Assembly (NCBI GenBank): GCA_963713825.1
Contig: CAVQNG010000020.1
Location: 1 to 15,029 of the forward strand
Direction: 5' to 3'
Source of the DNA: an uncultured Acidobacteriota bacterium
Lineage (GTDB): Bacteria > Acidobacteriota > Thermoanaerobaculia > Multivoradales > JAHEKO01
Length of the DNA: 15,029 nucleotides
The translations under genes were made by a program, and so were the position numbers. The notes below the pieces were generated by a model. That model searched no databases and was not told the origin of the DNA. It saw nothing but the letters and a program-made list of their open reading frames with translations. Below, piece by piece: positions 1 to 8,448 of the stretch (position 1 is the first letter of the stretch; the number at the start of each line of letters is the position of its first letter).

Positions 1-1167
1 TTTGTCAGCTGGGGCAACTCATCGAGACTGGTACGTCTCAAGAAGCCACCTAGCTTGGTGATTCGTGGATCGTTCTCGATCTTGAAGACCGGACCACTAA
101 CCTCGTTGAGGTGCTCAAGATCTCTTTGCCTGGCCTCGGCATCGGTCACCATGGTGCGGAACTTGTATAGGGGAAAGCGCCTCTTGCCGAGTCCGATGCG
201 CTCCTGGACGAACAGTACGGGGCCCTTCGAGCCCAGCTTGATGGCCAGAGAGATCCCGAGGAATACAGGAGCCAACAAGACCATCAGGGTACCGGAGACG
301 ACGATGTCCAGGATCCTCTTGACAGCAACCGGCCCACCCTCCATCTTGCCGGTCGACAGGGTGATCAAGGGCTGATCGTAGAAGGTTTCGACTCTCGCGC
401 TCGCGAGCTTGACGTTGAAGAAGGCCCCGAGCAAGCGGACCGTGATGCCCTGCTTTTCACACGCTTCAACCACTCGTTCGGAGTCGAAGTAGCAGGACGG
501 AGCCGGCAGGCACAGGACGACTTCGTCGACGATGGTGGTCCTGAGAAAGGACTCGAGATCGTCCAGCGAACAGACGAACTTCTCTCCTTTGGAAGCCAGG
601 GCCTCCAATCCGTGCCAGGGCTTGTCAGCGAATCCCAGAACCGTCAGTCCTGCTTGGGGTGCGCCCGAAGTCGCTCCGCAAATGCCAGGGCCCGTTCGTT
701 CGTTCCAACGATCAAGACATTGCGTAGGTTTCGGCCGTGCCGTCGAGCCGACTCCAGGACTCCTCGCAACATGAGGCGTGACAGCAGGGTCAGTCCGGTA
801 CTGAGAACCCAGAAGACAATCGTAAACTTGGCTGTGATGATCTGAATATCGAACAGGATTCCGGCATTGAAGATGGCGACAGTCCCTATCGATGTCGCCT
901 TGAAAACCTCCAAGGCCTCCCGGCCATAGCTCTGTAATCTGTGGGACCGATACAGCCCGAGCCACGAGAGCACAGGTGCCACAACAGCAGGAAGGCTAGA
1001 AATAGAAAGATGTTGGAGAGCTTCAGCCGGACAGATAGGAGCTTGCCAAACGAGATCCCTTGGGGTTGGAGAATCGAGACCCAGATCGACAGACCGAAAG
1101 CCAAAACCATCAGAACCAGGTCTGTGGCTTTCCAGAATGCAAAAATGATCTTTCGTCGGATCCTCAT
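1..1167 (-). CDS. Priming polyprenyl-phosphate glycosylphosphotransferase (WcaJ/WbaP-like sugar transferase); runs off the window at its 3' end; 2 apparent frameshifts
   Basis: Stitched from three frames: MRIRRKIIF...LLWHL (ATG 1167); -1 shift near 973 to VLSWLGLYRSHRL...RNVLIVGTNERA; -1 shift at the G4 run 656-659 to AGLTVLGFAD...IVDEVVLCLP...KRILDIVVS...KGPVLFVQERIG...YKFRTM...DPRITKLGGFLRRTSLDELPQL. The last frame, absent from the ORF track, carries the hallmark Bac_transf motifs (KFRTM, DPR.T, SLDELPQL). Confidence 0.93.
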
Positions 1168-1226
1168 CCGCCGGGTACCCGTCCCAGGCCGCCTTGCTGC
1201 TGCCCCCCCGGCCGCCTGACTCCGAA

Positions 1227-1255
1227 TAGATACCCTACATATCCGATTCCGTCAA
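1227..1255 (-). promoter_or_regulatory. Candidate sigma70-type promoter for the sugar transferase
   Basis: Minus strand reads TTGACG-N17-TATCTA about 60 nt upstream of ATG 1167, in an AT-richer intergenic patch. The -35 and spacing are good, the -10 is imperfect. Confidence 0.4.
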
Positions 1256-1432
1256 TCTTATTGGTCACTGGCTATGGATACTCAGGCTAGAGGTGCCCCA
1301 TGGACTCCAACCCCAACCGGTCATCATGGGTTCTGCCGCGTCGACTTGCCGTCGAGCGCTCTGCTTTTGCCATCAGGCGGAAGCTCGGTCCTGGCGCTGG
1401 CTCGAGGTCTCTGGCACAATCCACCACCAGTC

Positions 1433-3322
1433 ATGAATAGCTCACAGGCAATCGACAGCGCTTCTGGAGGCCAACTCGGACTTTGGACCCTGTTGCGTTC
1501 GACTCTGATCGCGAACCTCTTGTGTGGGGCGGGTCTCGGACTCTGGGAGGCCGTCACAATCACACGCGACAACCTGCTATTCCCGATGGGCGCAGCACAT
1601 CTGATTCTGCTTTTCGTCGCGTCGGCTTTCTATGCTGGGATTGCGGCCTTCAGCTCCCTGCTTGCTTGGTTGGCGGCACGTTGGCTCGGTTTGCCCCGTG
1701 GACTCGTCATAGCGGCAGGACCCTGGGTCCTCTTGGTTGTCTGCTCTGTCTCCGCCTACCGGAGCGCGGCGCTCTCTAGCGCCCGGAGCATCGCGGGGAC
1801 AGCGATCACGCTCGGCATCCTCGGTCTTGCCATTCTCCTGCTGGGGTTGGTAGCGAGGAGAGACAGCGCCAGGCCTGGCTCGGCTCACCTTTTCTCGATG
1901 GCAGTAGCAGTCTCAGCTCTGGGGCTCGGCTTCTTCAGCCTGGCAAGCCTGGCCATCGGACTAGAAACCGACTCCGCGCCCGACATTGAAGCGGAAATCT
2001 CCCAAAGCGAACCGAAGCCACACGACACTGGAGTCAGAGTTCTTCTCATTGGCCTCGACGGAGTACCTTGGAAAGTTGTCGATCCACTGGTCAGAGCCGA
2101 GCGGCTACCTGTGTTGGGAAATCTAATGGCGCGCGGCGTGACTGCCGACCTAGAGACAATCCTCCCGACGTTCTCACCGATTATCTGGACTAGCATCGCT
2201 ACCGGCAAGGCAGCGGAGAAACATGGAGTCTTCGACCACACCCGTACACGGATGCCGTTCGGACTGCCATCATCCGCCGTGGCAATTCAGCGACTGGAGA
2301 CCGCAACAAAAGCGTCGCGGCTAGCAGTCCGCTGGGCCAGCCGTATGATGGAACTGGCTAGCGTCTCCTATCTCAGCGGTGACATCCGATCACTCGAGTT
2401 GTGGGACATTTGCGACTCCGAGGGTCTGCCGGCGATTACGCTGAGCTGGTACATCAGCTATCCGGCCTATTCGGAGAACGGCATTCAAGTCTCCGATCAC
2501 CTCGCAAGAGGCAAGGGCGCTTCTCGGTCGGACCCGGGGCTCGCTACACCGTCTGTCCTACCAGAACTGCTTCCCGGGGTTGTCGATCCTGACACCGAGG
2601 ATCTCGAGCTTCTCTTTAGTCTGCTGGATACGACAGGTATCGATGAGAAGTCGCGAGGGCAGTTCCATGACGATCATGAGGATTGGTTCCGGACAGCCTG
2701 GCGACCCATGGCTCGCGATCTCTCGACGCTGGGCTTCGCCCGCCAGGTCTTCCCGGTGCTTCGAGACTGGCGTCTCGCGTCCGTCTTCTACAAGAGCGTG
2801 GACGGGATCCACCACCTAAGCTGGAAGCACATCGACCTTCCCGGCACAGAGATGGATCGCCATCCTGAGCGCCGATTCCGCACATCGGTGGAGAACCTCT
2901 ACTTGTTTTCAGATGACTTGGTCGGTGAGACCTTGGATCTCCTAGACGATGGATCCGACTTGCAAACGGTCGTGATCATCGTATCCGACCATGGCTGGGA
3001 CGACTCGACCCGAGCCCACGACATGGCTCCGGATGGGATCTTCCTCATGGCCGGGGGGCCGACCTTACCCTCTAGCGAGCGCACGCGTCTCCACATCTAC
3101 GACGTGGCTCCTACAATCCTAGCTCTGCTTGGCCTACCGGTACCGCTCGACATGGACGGGAGAGTGGCGACAGAGCTTGTCAGTCCGGCATTTTGGGAAG
3201 AGTTTCCCATCCAGCACATCGCGACCTACGAGTCGGAGGCACTGCCGCAGCACCAAGAAATGGAGATTGAGCTGGATGAGAATGATCTGAACGAGCTCAA
3301 GGCTCTCGGATACATCGAGTAG
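1433..3322 (+). CDS. Membrane-anchored AlkP-superfamily protein (nucleotide pyrophosphatase/phosphodiesterase-like), about 629 aa
   Basis: Uninterrupted ORF with about 5 N-terminal hydrophobic segments, then VLLIGLDG, PTFSPIIWTSIATG (aligns with NPP PTKTFPNHYSIVTG), DGIHH, IVSDHG, DVAPTILALLG.P.P.DMDG and terminal LKALGYIE*. ATG 1433 is preferred over 1274 because the extra 53 codons look non-coding. Confidence 0.88.
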   Translation: MNSSQAIDSASGGQLGLWTLLRSTLIANLLCGAGLGLWEAVTITRDNLLFPMGAAHLILLFVASAFYAGIAAFSSLLAWLAARWLGLPRGLVIAAGPWVLLVVCSVSAYRSAALSSARSIAGTAITLGILGLAILLLGLVARRDSARPGSAHLFSMAVAVSALGLGFFSLASLAIGLETDSAPDIEAEISQSEPKPHDTGVRVLLIGLDGVPWKVVDPLVRAERLPVLGNLMARGVTADLETILPTFSPIIWTSIATGKAAEKHGVFDHTRTRMPFGLPSSAVAIQRLETATKASRLAVRWASRMMELASVSYLSGDIRSLELWDICDSEGLPAITLSWYISYPAYSENGIQVSDHLARGKGASRSDPGLATPSVLPELLPGVVDPDTEDLELLFSLLDTTGIDEKSRGQFHDDHEDWFRTAWRPMARDLSTLGFARQVFPVLRDWRLASVFYKSVDGIHHLSWKHIDLPGTEMDRHPERRFRTSVENLYLFSDDLVGETLDLLDDGSDLQTVVIIVSDHGWDDSTRAHDMAPDGIFLMAGGPTLPSSERTRLHIYDVAPTILALLGLPVPLDMDGRVATELVSPAFWEEFPIQHIATYESEALPQHQEMEIELDENDLNELKALGYIE

Positions 3323-3332
3323 GCCTCGGCGC

Positions 3333-3362
3333 GTGGGACGCTCGATAGAGAGTCGAGCCCAC
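3333..3362. terminator. Possible hairpin between convergent genes
   Basis: GTGG(gac)GCTCGA-tagagag-TCGAGC-CCAC stem-loop starting 11 nt after stop 3322. There is no U-tract. Confidence 0.25.
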
Positions 3363-3411
3363 CTGGGTGCAGGGCAACCAGATCCAGAAGTCAACTTGAT
3401 TCCCCAGAACC

Positions 3412-4392
3412 CTATCCCTCAAGTGATTTGGCAGTTCCTCGGACTTCCGGCGATATCCAGTAGAGAATTACCCCCAGCGCAATAGTCGCTACCTGCCCCA
3501 ATCGGAACCCGAGCATCATAAGCAGGGCGTAGGAGGCCGGAGCCCCGATGAAGGAGAAGAGCGCCTCGAGGGTGACCTCAGCCACTCCGAGGCCGCCCGG
3601 CGTCAACGGAATCCCGGTGCTCAACAGGCCGAATGGAATGGCGACGAGATAGGAGGCCAACGGCGGCACATCAGGCCAAAGCGACAGACCGCCGAGGATG
3701 AGCGAGCCGACGAAGAGCGCCTGGATAACGACACTCAGCAGCAGTGCGGCAACGACGGCACCCTTGGTCTGCTGAAACGAAGCAGCTGCGTCGACCAGAG
3801 CAGCCAGTGGGGGGCCGAGCTTCGGAATCCTCCGAGTTCTAGATGCCAGGTCCCCGAGTGGCCAGCGCCAGAGGAGAAAGACAGCCAAAGCCGCCAGCGC
3901 GAGACCCAGTAGCCCCAGGTTCCAGCGAGCCAGCGCGACCAGAGGCTCGCTTTCCCGAATCGACCCCCACCAGAAGATAGCGATCAGACCGGTCAGGACC
4001 AGCAGACCGAGCAGGCCCACGACGCGATCGACCACGATCGTCGAGACTGCGATCAGGCGCTGGCTCTGCTCCCTGGCGATCAGCGCGGCCTTCACCAGGT
4101 CGCCTCCCACCGCACCCGGAATCAGGAAGTTGAAGAAGGTGCCGATCAGGCCGAGGCGCAGCGCATCGAAGATCGTGAAGGGCAGCCCCTGGGCCTTGAC
4201 GAGGTAGTACCAGCGAAGGAAGGAGAGCAATGTTCCGACCACGGTCAGGAGAATCGCCCCGATCATCCACGGCCACAGGACCTCCAACTCGCCGAGCAGA
4301 GCGAGGTCGTCCCGCAGCATCCAGAGCAGGCCTGCCAGTAAGGCCGCGGCGAGGCCTAGGGCAAGGATGCTCGCTCGATATCGACGTTCCAT
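3412..4392 (-). CDS. Lysylphosphatidylglycerol-synthase TM domain / flippase-like membrane protein (UPF0104 family), about 326 aa
   Basis: Polytopic protein with the family motifs RWYYLVKAQG, FFNFLIPGAVGGDLVKA, DRVVGL, IPLTPGGLGVAE and FR. It has no MprF C-terminal synthase domain. Start is ATG 4392 (alternative GTG 4413). Confidence 0.88.
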   Translation of the reverse strand: MERRYRASILALGLAAALLAGLLWMLRDDLALLGELEVLWPWMIGAILLTVVGTLLSFLRWYYLVKAQGLPFTIFDALRLGLIGTFFNFLIPGAVGGDLVKAALIAREQSQRLIAVSTIVVDRVVGLLGLLVLTGLIAIFWWGSIRESEPLVALARWNLGLLGLALAALAVFLLWRWPLGDLASRTRRIPKLGPPLAALVDAAASFQQTKGAVVAALLLSVVIQALFVGSLILGGLSLWPDVPPLASYLVAIPFGLLSTGIPLTPGGLGVAEVTLEALFSFIGAPASYALLMMLGFRLGQVATIALGVILYWISPEVRGTAKSLEG

Positions 4393-4584
4393 GGCGACGG
4401 TATGGTAGACCACTTTCGCACTTTCGTCTTCGACATGGGCTCAACGGGATATAGCTATGGGTTACTGATTCGCTTGTGGAGCGAATGTCGAAACCTTAAA
4501 CTCACGCCGACTCATGCTTCCAAGCGCCTGATGTTCGGACCTCGAGAGTACCTAACCAGTCACTGACACGATCTACCTCCTGCC

Positions 4585-5904
4585 ATGCGAGTCGACATTA
4601 TCGGAGCGGGCATCTCGGGTCTGGCGACGGCCTACCACCTTGTAAGGCAGCGGCCAGACCTGGAGCTTCACGTCTGGGAAAAGGATGCTAGCCCTGGTGG
4701 CCTCGCAGGCTGCTTCAGCGCCGAGGGCTTCACGGTCGAGAAGTTCTACCACCACATCTTCAAAGGCGACACTCACCTGATCGGACTTCTCGCAGAGCTC
4801 GGCCTGAGCGACGACCTGATGTGGCGGCCCGCCAACACCGGAAGCTACTACTTCCAGCAGGCCTACCGGCTGTCCTCTCCAATCGACATCCTCAAGTTCC
4901 AGCCGCTGCCTTTCATCGACAGGATTCGGCTGGGACTAATGGTGGTCCATGCGAGAACGGTCCGCGACTGGCGCAAGCTGGATGCGATCTCGGCCGAGGA
5001 GTACATTCGCAGGACAGCAGGCTCCAAGGTTTTTGAAGTCCTCTGGCAACCTCTCCTGCACGGCAAGTTCGGCGACCTGAGTGGCGACATCTCGGCCGCC
5101 TGGCTGTGGTCGAAGCTCGTCGACAGAGGTGGCTCCCGGGATCGGAAGGGGCACGAGGTCCTGGGCTACCTGCGTGGCGGCCTCGGTCGGATGTTCGACC
5201 GGCTAATGGAAGAAATCGAAAAAGCCGGAGCCACGGTGCACCTGTCGAGCGGTGTCGAGGCCATGGAGACAGAGGGAGACCGAATCGGCTCGATCGTCAC
5301 GCGAGAGGGCACGTTCCCGACCGATCTCGTCGTCTCTGGAGCACAGCTGCCGGACCTTCACAAACTCCTACCGGCGAGCACAGAAGCTCTGGCGAACCAA
5401 CTCTCAAGGATCGAATTTCTCGGCAACGTGTGCCTGGTGCTAGTGCTGCCCAGGCAGCTTTCGCAGTTCTATTGGACGAACGTGATGGACCCCGACGCTC
5501 CCTTCGTGGGGATCATCGAGCAGACCAACTGGGTCGACCCCGCAGACTTGAACCGCAAGCGCCTGGTCTACATCTCGGCCTACTGCCCAGCCACCGACGA
5601 GCGCTTCGGGATGGAGGCCAACGAGCTTCTCGAGTTCTACTTGCCATGGATTCAGAAACTGTTTCCGAGCTTCTCCTCGAAAGAGGTCGAGAGAGCACTC
5701 GTCTGGAAGGCCGACTACGCCCAGGCGGTTGTGACTACGGGCTATTCCGCCCTTGTGCCGGAGATACGGACCCCCCTGCCGAATCTGCTACTCTGCACCA
5801 TGGCCCAGATCTTCCCTCAGGACCGCCAGGTTTCGAACGGCGTCAAGCTCGCCAAGCAGACCGCTCGAATCGCGGCGGACTACCTCCAGGAGAAGGGCAC
5901 GTGA
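4585..5904 (+). CDS. FAD-dependent oxidoreductase (amine oxidase/protoporphyrinogen oxidase/UGM-like fold; PRK07233-type), 439 aa
   Basis: Dinucleotide-binding motif IIGAGISGLATAY...VWE...GGLA, plus EKFYHHIF and LGYLRGG. Intact ORF with strong GC3 bias; its stop overlaps the next start (GTGA 5901-5904). Confidence 0.92.
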   Translation: MRVDIIGAGISGLATAYHLVRQRPDLELHVWEKDASPGGLAGCFSAEGFTVEKFYHHIFKGDTHLIGLLAELGLSDDLMWRPANTGSYYFQQAYRLSSPIDILKFQPLPFIDRIRLGLMVVHARTVRDWRKLDAISAEEYIRRTAGSKVFEVLWQPLLHGKFGDLSGDISAAWLWSKLVDRGGSRDRKGHEVLGYLRGGLGRMFDRLMEEIEKAGATVHLSSGVEAMETEGDRIGSIVTREGTFPTDLVVSGAQLPDLHKLLPASTEALANQLSRIEFLGNVCLVLVLPRQLSQFYWTNVMDPDAPFVGIIEQTNWVDPADLNRKRLVYISAYCPATDERFGMEANELLEFYLPWIQKLFPSFSSKEVERALVWKADYAQAVVTTGYSALVPEIRTPLPNLLLCTMAQIFPQDRQVSNGVKLAKQTARIAADYLQEKGT

Positions 5905-6854
5905 TCTCACTCGTCATCCCGGTCTTCAACGAAGAGGAGAACCTGCCGCTGCTGTGGCGGCGGATCGAGGAGTCGGCAGCAAACCTGTGGGAGGGCGAGG
6001 ATTTCGAGGTCCTCTTCGTCGACGATGGGTCGAGGGACCGCTCCGTCGAGATTCTCACGAGTCTGGCCGCCGTGAATCCAGAGATTCGCATCGTGAAGCT
6101 GTCCCGAAACTTCGGACACCAGTCGGCCCTGTCGGCTGGGCTTCATCATGCCCGAGGAGACGCCGTGGTGCTGATGGATGCCGACTTGCAGGACCCGCCG
6201 GAGCTCGTGGCGGAGTTCCTCGAGAAGTGGCGGCAGGGCTGGCATGTGGCGTACGCAGTCCGCAAGGCCCGCAAAGAGGTCTTCTGGAAGCGGTGGAGCT
6301 ACCTGCTCTTCTACCGAATACTGAGGGGCCTGAGCAGCGTAGAGATCCCGGCCGACTCTGGCGACTTCTGTCTAATGGACCGCAAGGTCGTGCAGGTCAT
6401 CAAGGACGAGATGCCTGAGCAAGCCCGATTCCTGAGGGGCTTGCGAGCCTACGCGGGGTTCCGGCAGATCGGCGTTCCCTACGACCGACCCGAGCGGGCC
6501 GGTGGGGATGCGAAATACTCCTTCAACGACCTCGTGCAGCTCGCTGTTTCCGGAGTTGTCGGCTTCTCTTTCGTGCCCTTGAAGATCGCCACCTGGGTCG
6601 GCTTCCTGGTCGCCGTGCCGTCTTTCTTCATCGGCATCTTGTTTGTCCTGCACCGCATCTTCGACTTCCCGATCCTCGGCCGCTACGCCACCGAAACCCC
6701 CGGCCTCGCGACCCTGGTCGTCGGACAGTTCTTCCTCGGTGGCCTGATCCTCATCATGTTGGGGATCCTGGGCGAGTACATCGGTCGCATCTACCTCGAA
6801 GTCAAGAAGCGGCCGAGCTTTATCGTCGAACAGATCATCGGTGACGACGAGTGA
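5901..6854 (+). CDS. Glycosyltransferase family 2, polyprenyl-phosphate glycosyltransferase (GtrB/ArnC-like), 317 aa
   Basis: GTG 5901 with AGGAG at 5888-5892. Motifs ISLVIPVFNEE, VDDGSRD, LSRNFGHQSAL, MDADLQDPP, SGDFCLMDRKVV, two C-terminal TM helices and GILGEYIGRIYLEVKKRP. Confidence 0.95.
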   Translation: MISLVIPVFNEEENLPLLWRRIEESAANLWEGEDFEVLFVDDGSRDRSVEILTSLAAVNPEIRIVKLSRNFGHQSALSAGLHHARGDAVVLMDADLQDPPELVAEFLEKWRQGWHVAYAVRKARKEVFWKRWSYLLFYRILRGLSSVEIPADSGDFCLMDRKVVQVIKDEMPEQARFLRGLRAYAGFRQIGVPYDRPERAGGDAKYSFNDLVQLAVSGVVGFSFVPLKIATWVGFLVAVPSFFIGILFVLHRIFDFPILGRYATETPGLATLVVGQFFLGGLILIMLGILGEYIGRIYLEVKKRPSFIVEQIIGDDE

Positions 6855-8447
6855 CCGGAGCCTTGGCAACCGACCACAATCGAGCCAGGGTCTATGGGAC
6901 CCTGGTATTGCTGCTGCTGGTCGGCGGTCTCTTTCTTCGCTTCTACGACCTCACGGGACAGAGCCTGTGGTACGACGAAGGAGTGTCGCTGGAGTTCAGC
7001 CAAGGGGACTACTCGGCAACGTCCTCGACAGGCTGGGCACCACCCGGACCAGCGAGCGCTACCAGCCGCTCTATTTCGTCCTGCTCTACTTCTGGCGGCA
7101 GCTCTTCGGCTCGTCCGAGTGGGCTCTCAGGTCTCTGTCGACGCATCCTTGGGACGCTTGCATTGATCTTTTTCGTTCCTGTTGCTCGGAGATTTCTCGA
7201 TAAGAAAGCAGAGTCTGGCAGCGATCGGCTTCATGGCCCTGAGCAGCTTCGCGATCTACTACAGCCAGGAGGTGCGACCCTACAGCCTGCTGCTGCTGCT
7301 CTGCGCCCTGCACTGGTTCCTGATCGGCAGGCTCCTCGACGACTCAGCGCAAACCAACGATCGATCGAGAGCCTTGCTGCTTCCAACCTCTGCCGTGAGC
7401 CTTCTGGGAGGACTGACCAGCCTCTTCTTCACCTTCCACATCGTATCCGCAGGCGGAGCCTGGTTTCTGAGCCGCGGCAAGAGACCGCGAGAGTGGAGCT
7501 TCTGGATCGTCTCCGGCACTCGCCCTTATCCCGAGCCTCGCGTTCTATGCATTGGCAGGCACCCATGGCGGAGGTGACAGAGCCGTCGTCAGCCGCACGG
7601 AGAACTCGATCCTCGCCAATGCAGCTTTCTCTCTGTACGGTCTTCTGGTGGGAACCACCTACGGGCCTCCAGTGGTCGAGCTAAGACTCGGAGCCTGGGG
7701 AGCCGCCCTGCAACAGAGCTGGCCGAGTCTGCTCGTGTTTGGCATCGTCTGCGTCGGGCTCGTCTTTTCAACGGTCCTGGCTTTGAAAGTGGATACTTCG
7801 AATACAGCTGATGGAAACCGACCGAGATTCGATTACATCCTGAAAGCGCTGGGCCTGGGAATTCTGGTTCTCCTGGTGTTCGCCTACCTGACCAAGTTGA
7901 ACTGGCTGCCGCGCCACTCGACAGTCCTCCTGCCTCCCCTCGCAATGGCCCTTGGCTATCTTGTTCCTGCTCCTCCAGTCGCGGAAACGTGATGCGAGAG
8001 AGAATCGGTGCAGGGTCGGTCGTCGCACTGCTGGCCCTCAACCTCGTCTCGCTAAACCACTACTACAATGACGAGGCTCATAGACGAGGTGACTATCGAG
8101 GGGTCGCCAAGTTCTTGCGCGAACAGCAGCCCGTCCCGGTTGTTCTCCTTCTCGGCAGCCCTACCTTGCTCGAGTACTACGGCTCTCCGAACTAATTGGA
8201 CATCCGATGGAAGCCGAATCCCGAGAAAGCAGAACTTGTTACTGAATACACCAAGCCTGGGGAAAAGTTCCTAGTTGTAGTCAACCGTGAGGACTTGCTT
8301 CCTGGTGGCTTGGAGAGAGCTGAGGAGCTTCTGAAGCCTCTGTCTTTTTGGGAACGCAATTGGGACTTCCCGGCATTCCGAATCTTAGAATTCAGTCGAA
8401 GGCCTGAACTAGATACTCCTCACCAGAATCGAATATCGGACGAATGA
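6851..8447 (+). CDS. GT-C fold membrane glycosyltransferase (ArnT/PMT_2, GT83/GT39-like), about 530 aa; 5 apparent frameshifts and 1 in-frame TAA
   Basis: GTGA overlap with the GT2. Stitched segments: FLRFYDLTGQSLWYDE; shift at G4 7004-7007; YQPLYFVLL...FGSSEWALRSLS; shift near 7144; ILGTLALIFF; shift at 7205-7207; LSSFAIYYSQEVRPYSLL; shift near 7513; ...NWLPRHS; shift near 7960-7988; NLVSLNHYY...DYRGVAKFL; TAA 8193-8195, then the same frame continues to TGA 8447. WYDE, P.LY and SQE.RPY are typical GT-C motifs. Confidence 0.85.
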
Positions 8448-8448
8448 G

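Noticed and set aside
1187-1217. ops/JUMPStart element upstream of the sugar transferase
   Set aside because: The sequence is GGCGGCC, not the GGCGGTAG consensus.
1412-1428. TGGCAC as a sigma54 -24 element
   Set aside because: There is no TTGC -12 element at the required spacing.
1274-1432. Longer start for the first AlkP protein
   Set aside because: The extension does not look protein-like and would fill most of the divergent promoter region; ATG 1433 fits better.
3412-4392. Assigning mprF
   Set aside because: Only the TM/flippase-like portion is present, with no aminoacyl-transferase domain.
4555-4581. Perfect AGGAGGT on the minus strand followed by GTG
   Set aside because: It opens only a 5-codon ORF (MSVTG) and is probably the by-product of the + strand upstream motif.
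5106-5900. 265-aa N-terminal extension of the GT2 in ORF 5106..6854, suggesting a fusion or overlapping gene
   Set aside because: It is an Arg/Pro/Gly-rich off-frame shadow of the oxidoreductase. GT2 homology starts at GTG 5901, which has an RBS and a GTGA overlap.
4585-5904. Assigning hemY/hemG or glf
   Set aside because: Only the fold-level FAD motif is recognisable and there is no haem-pathway context, so specificity cannot be supported.
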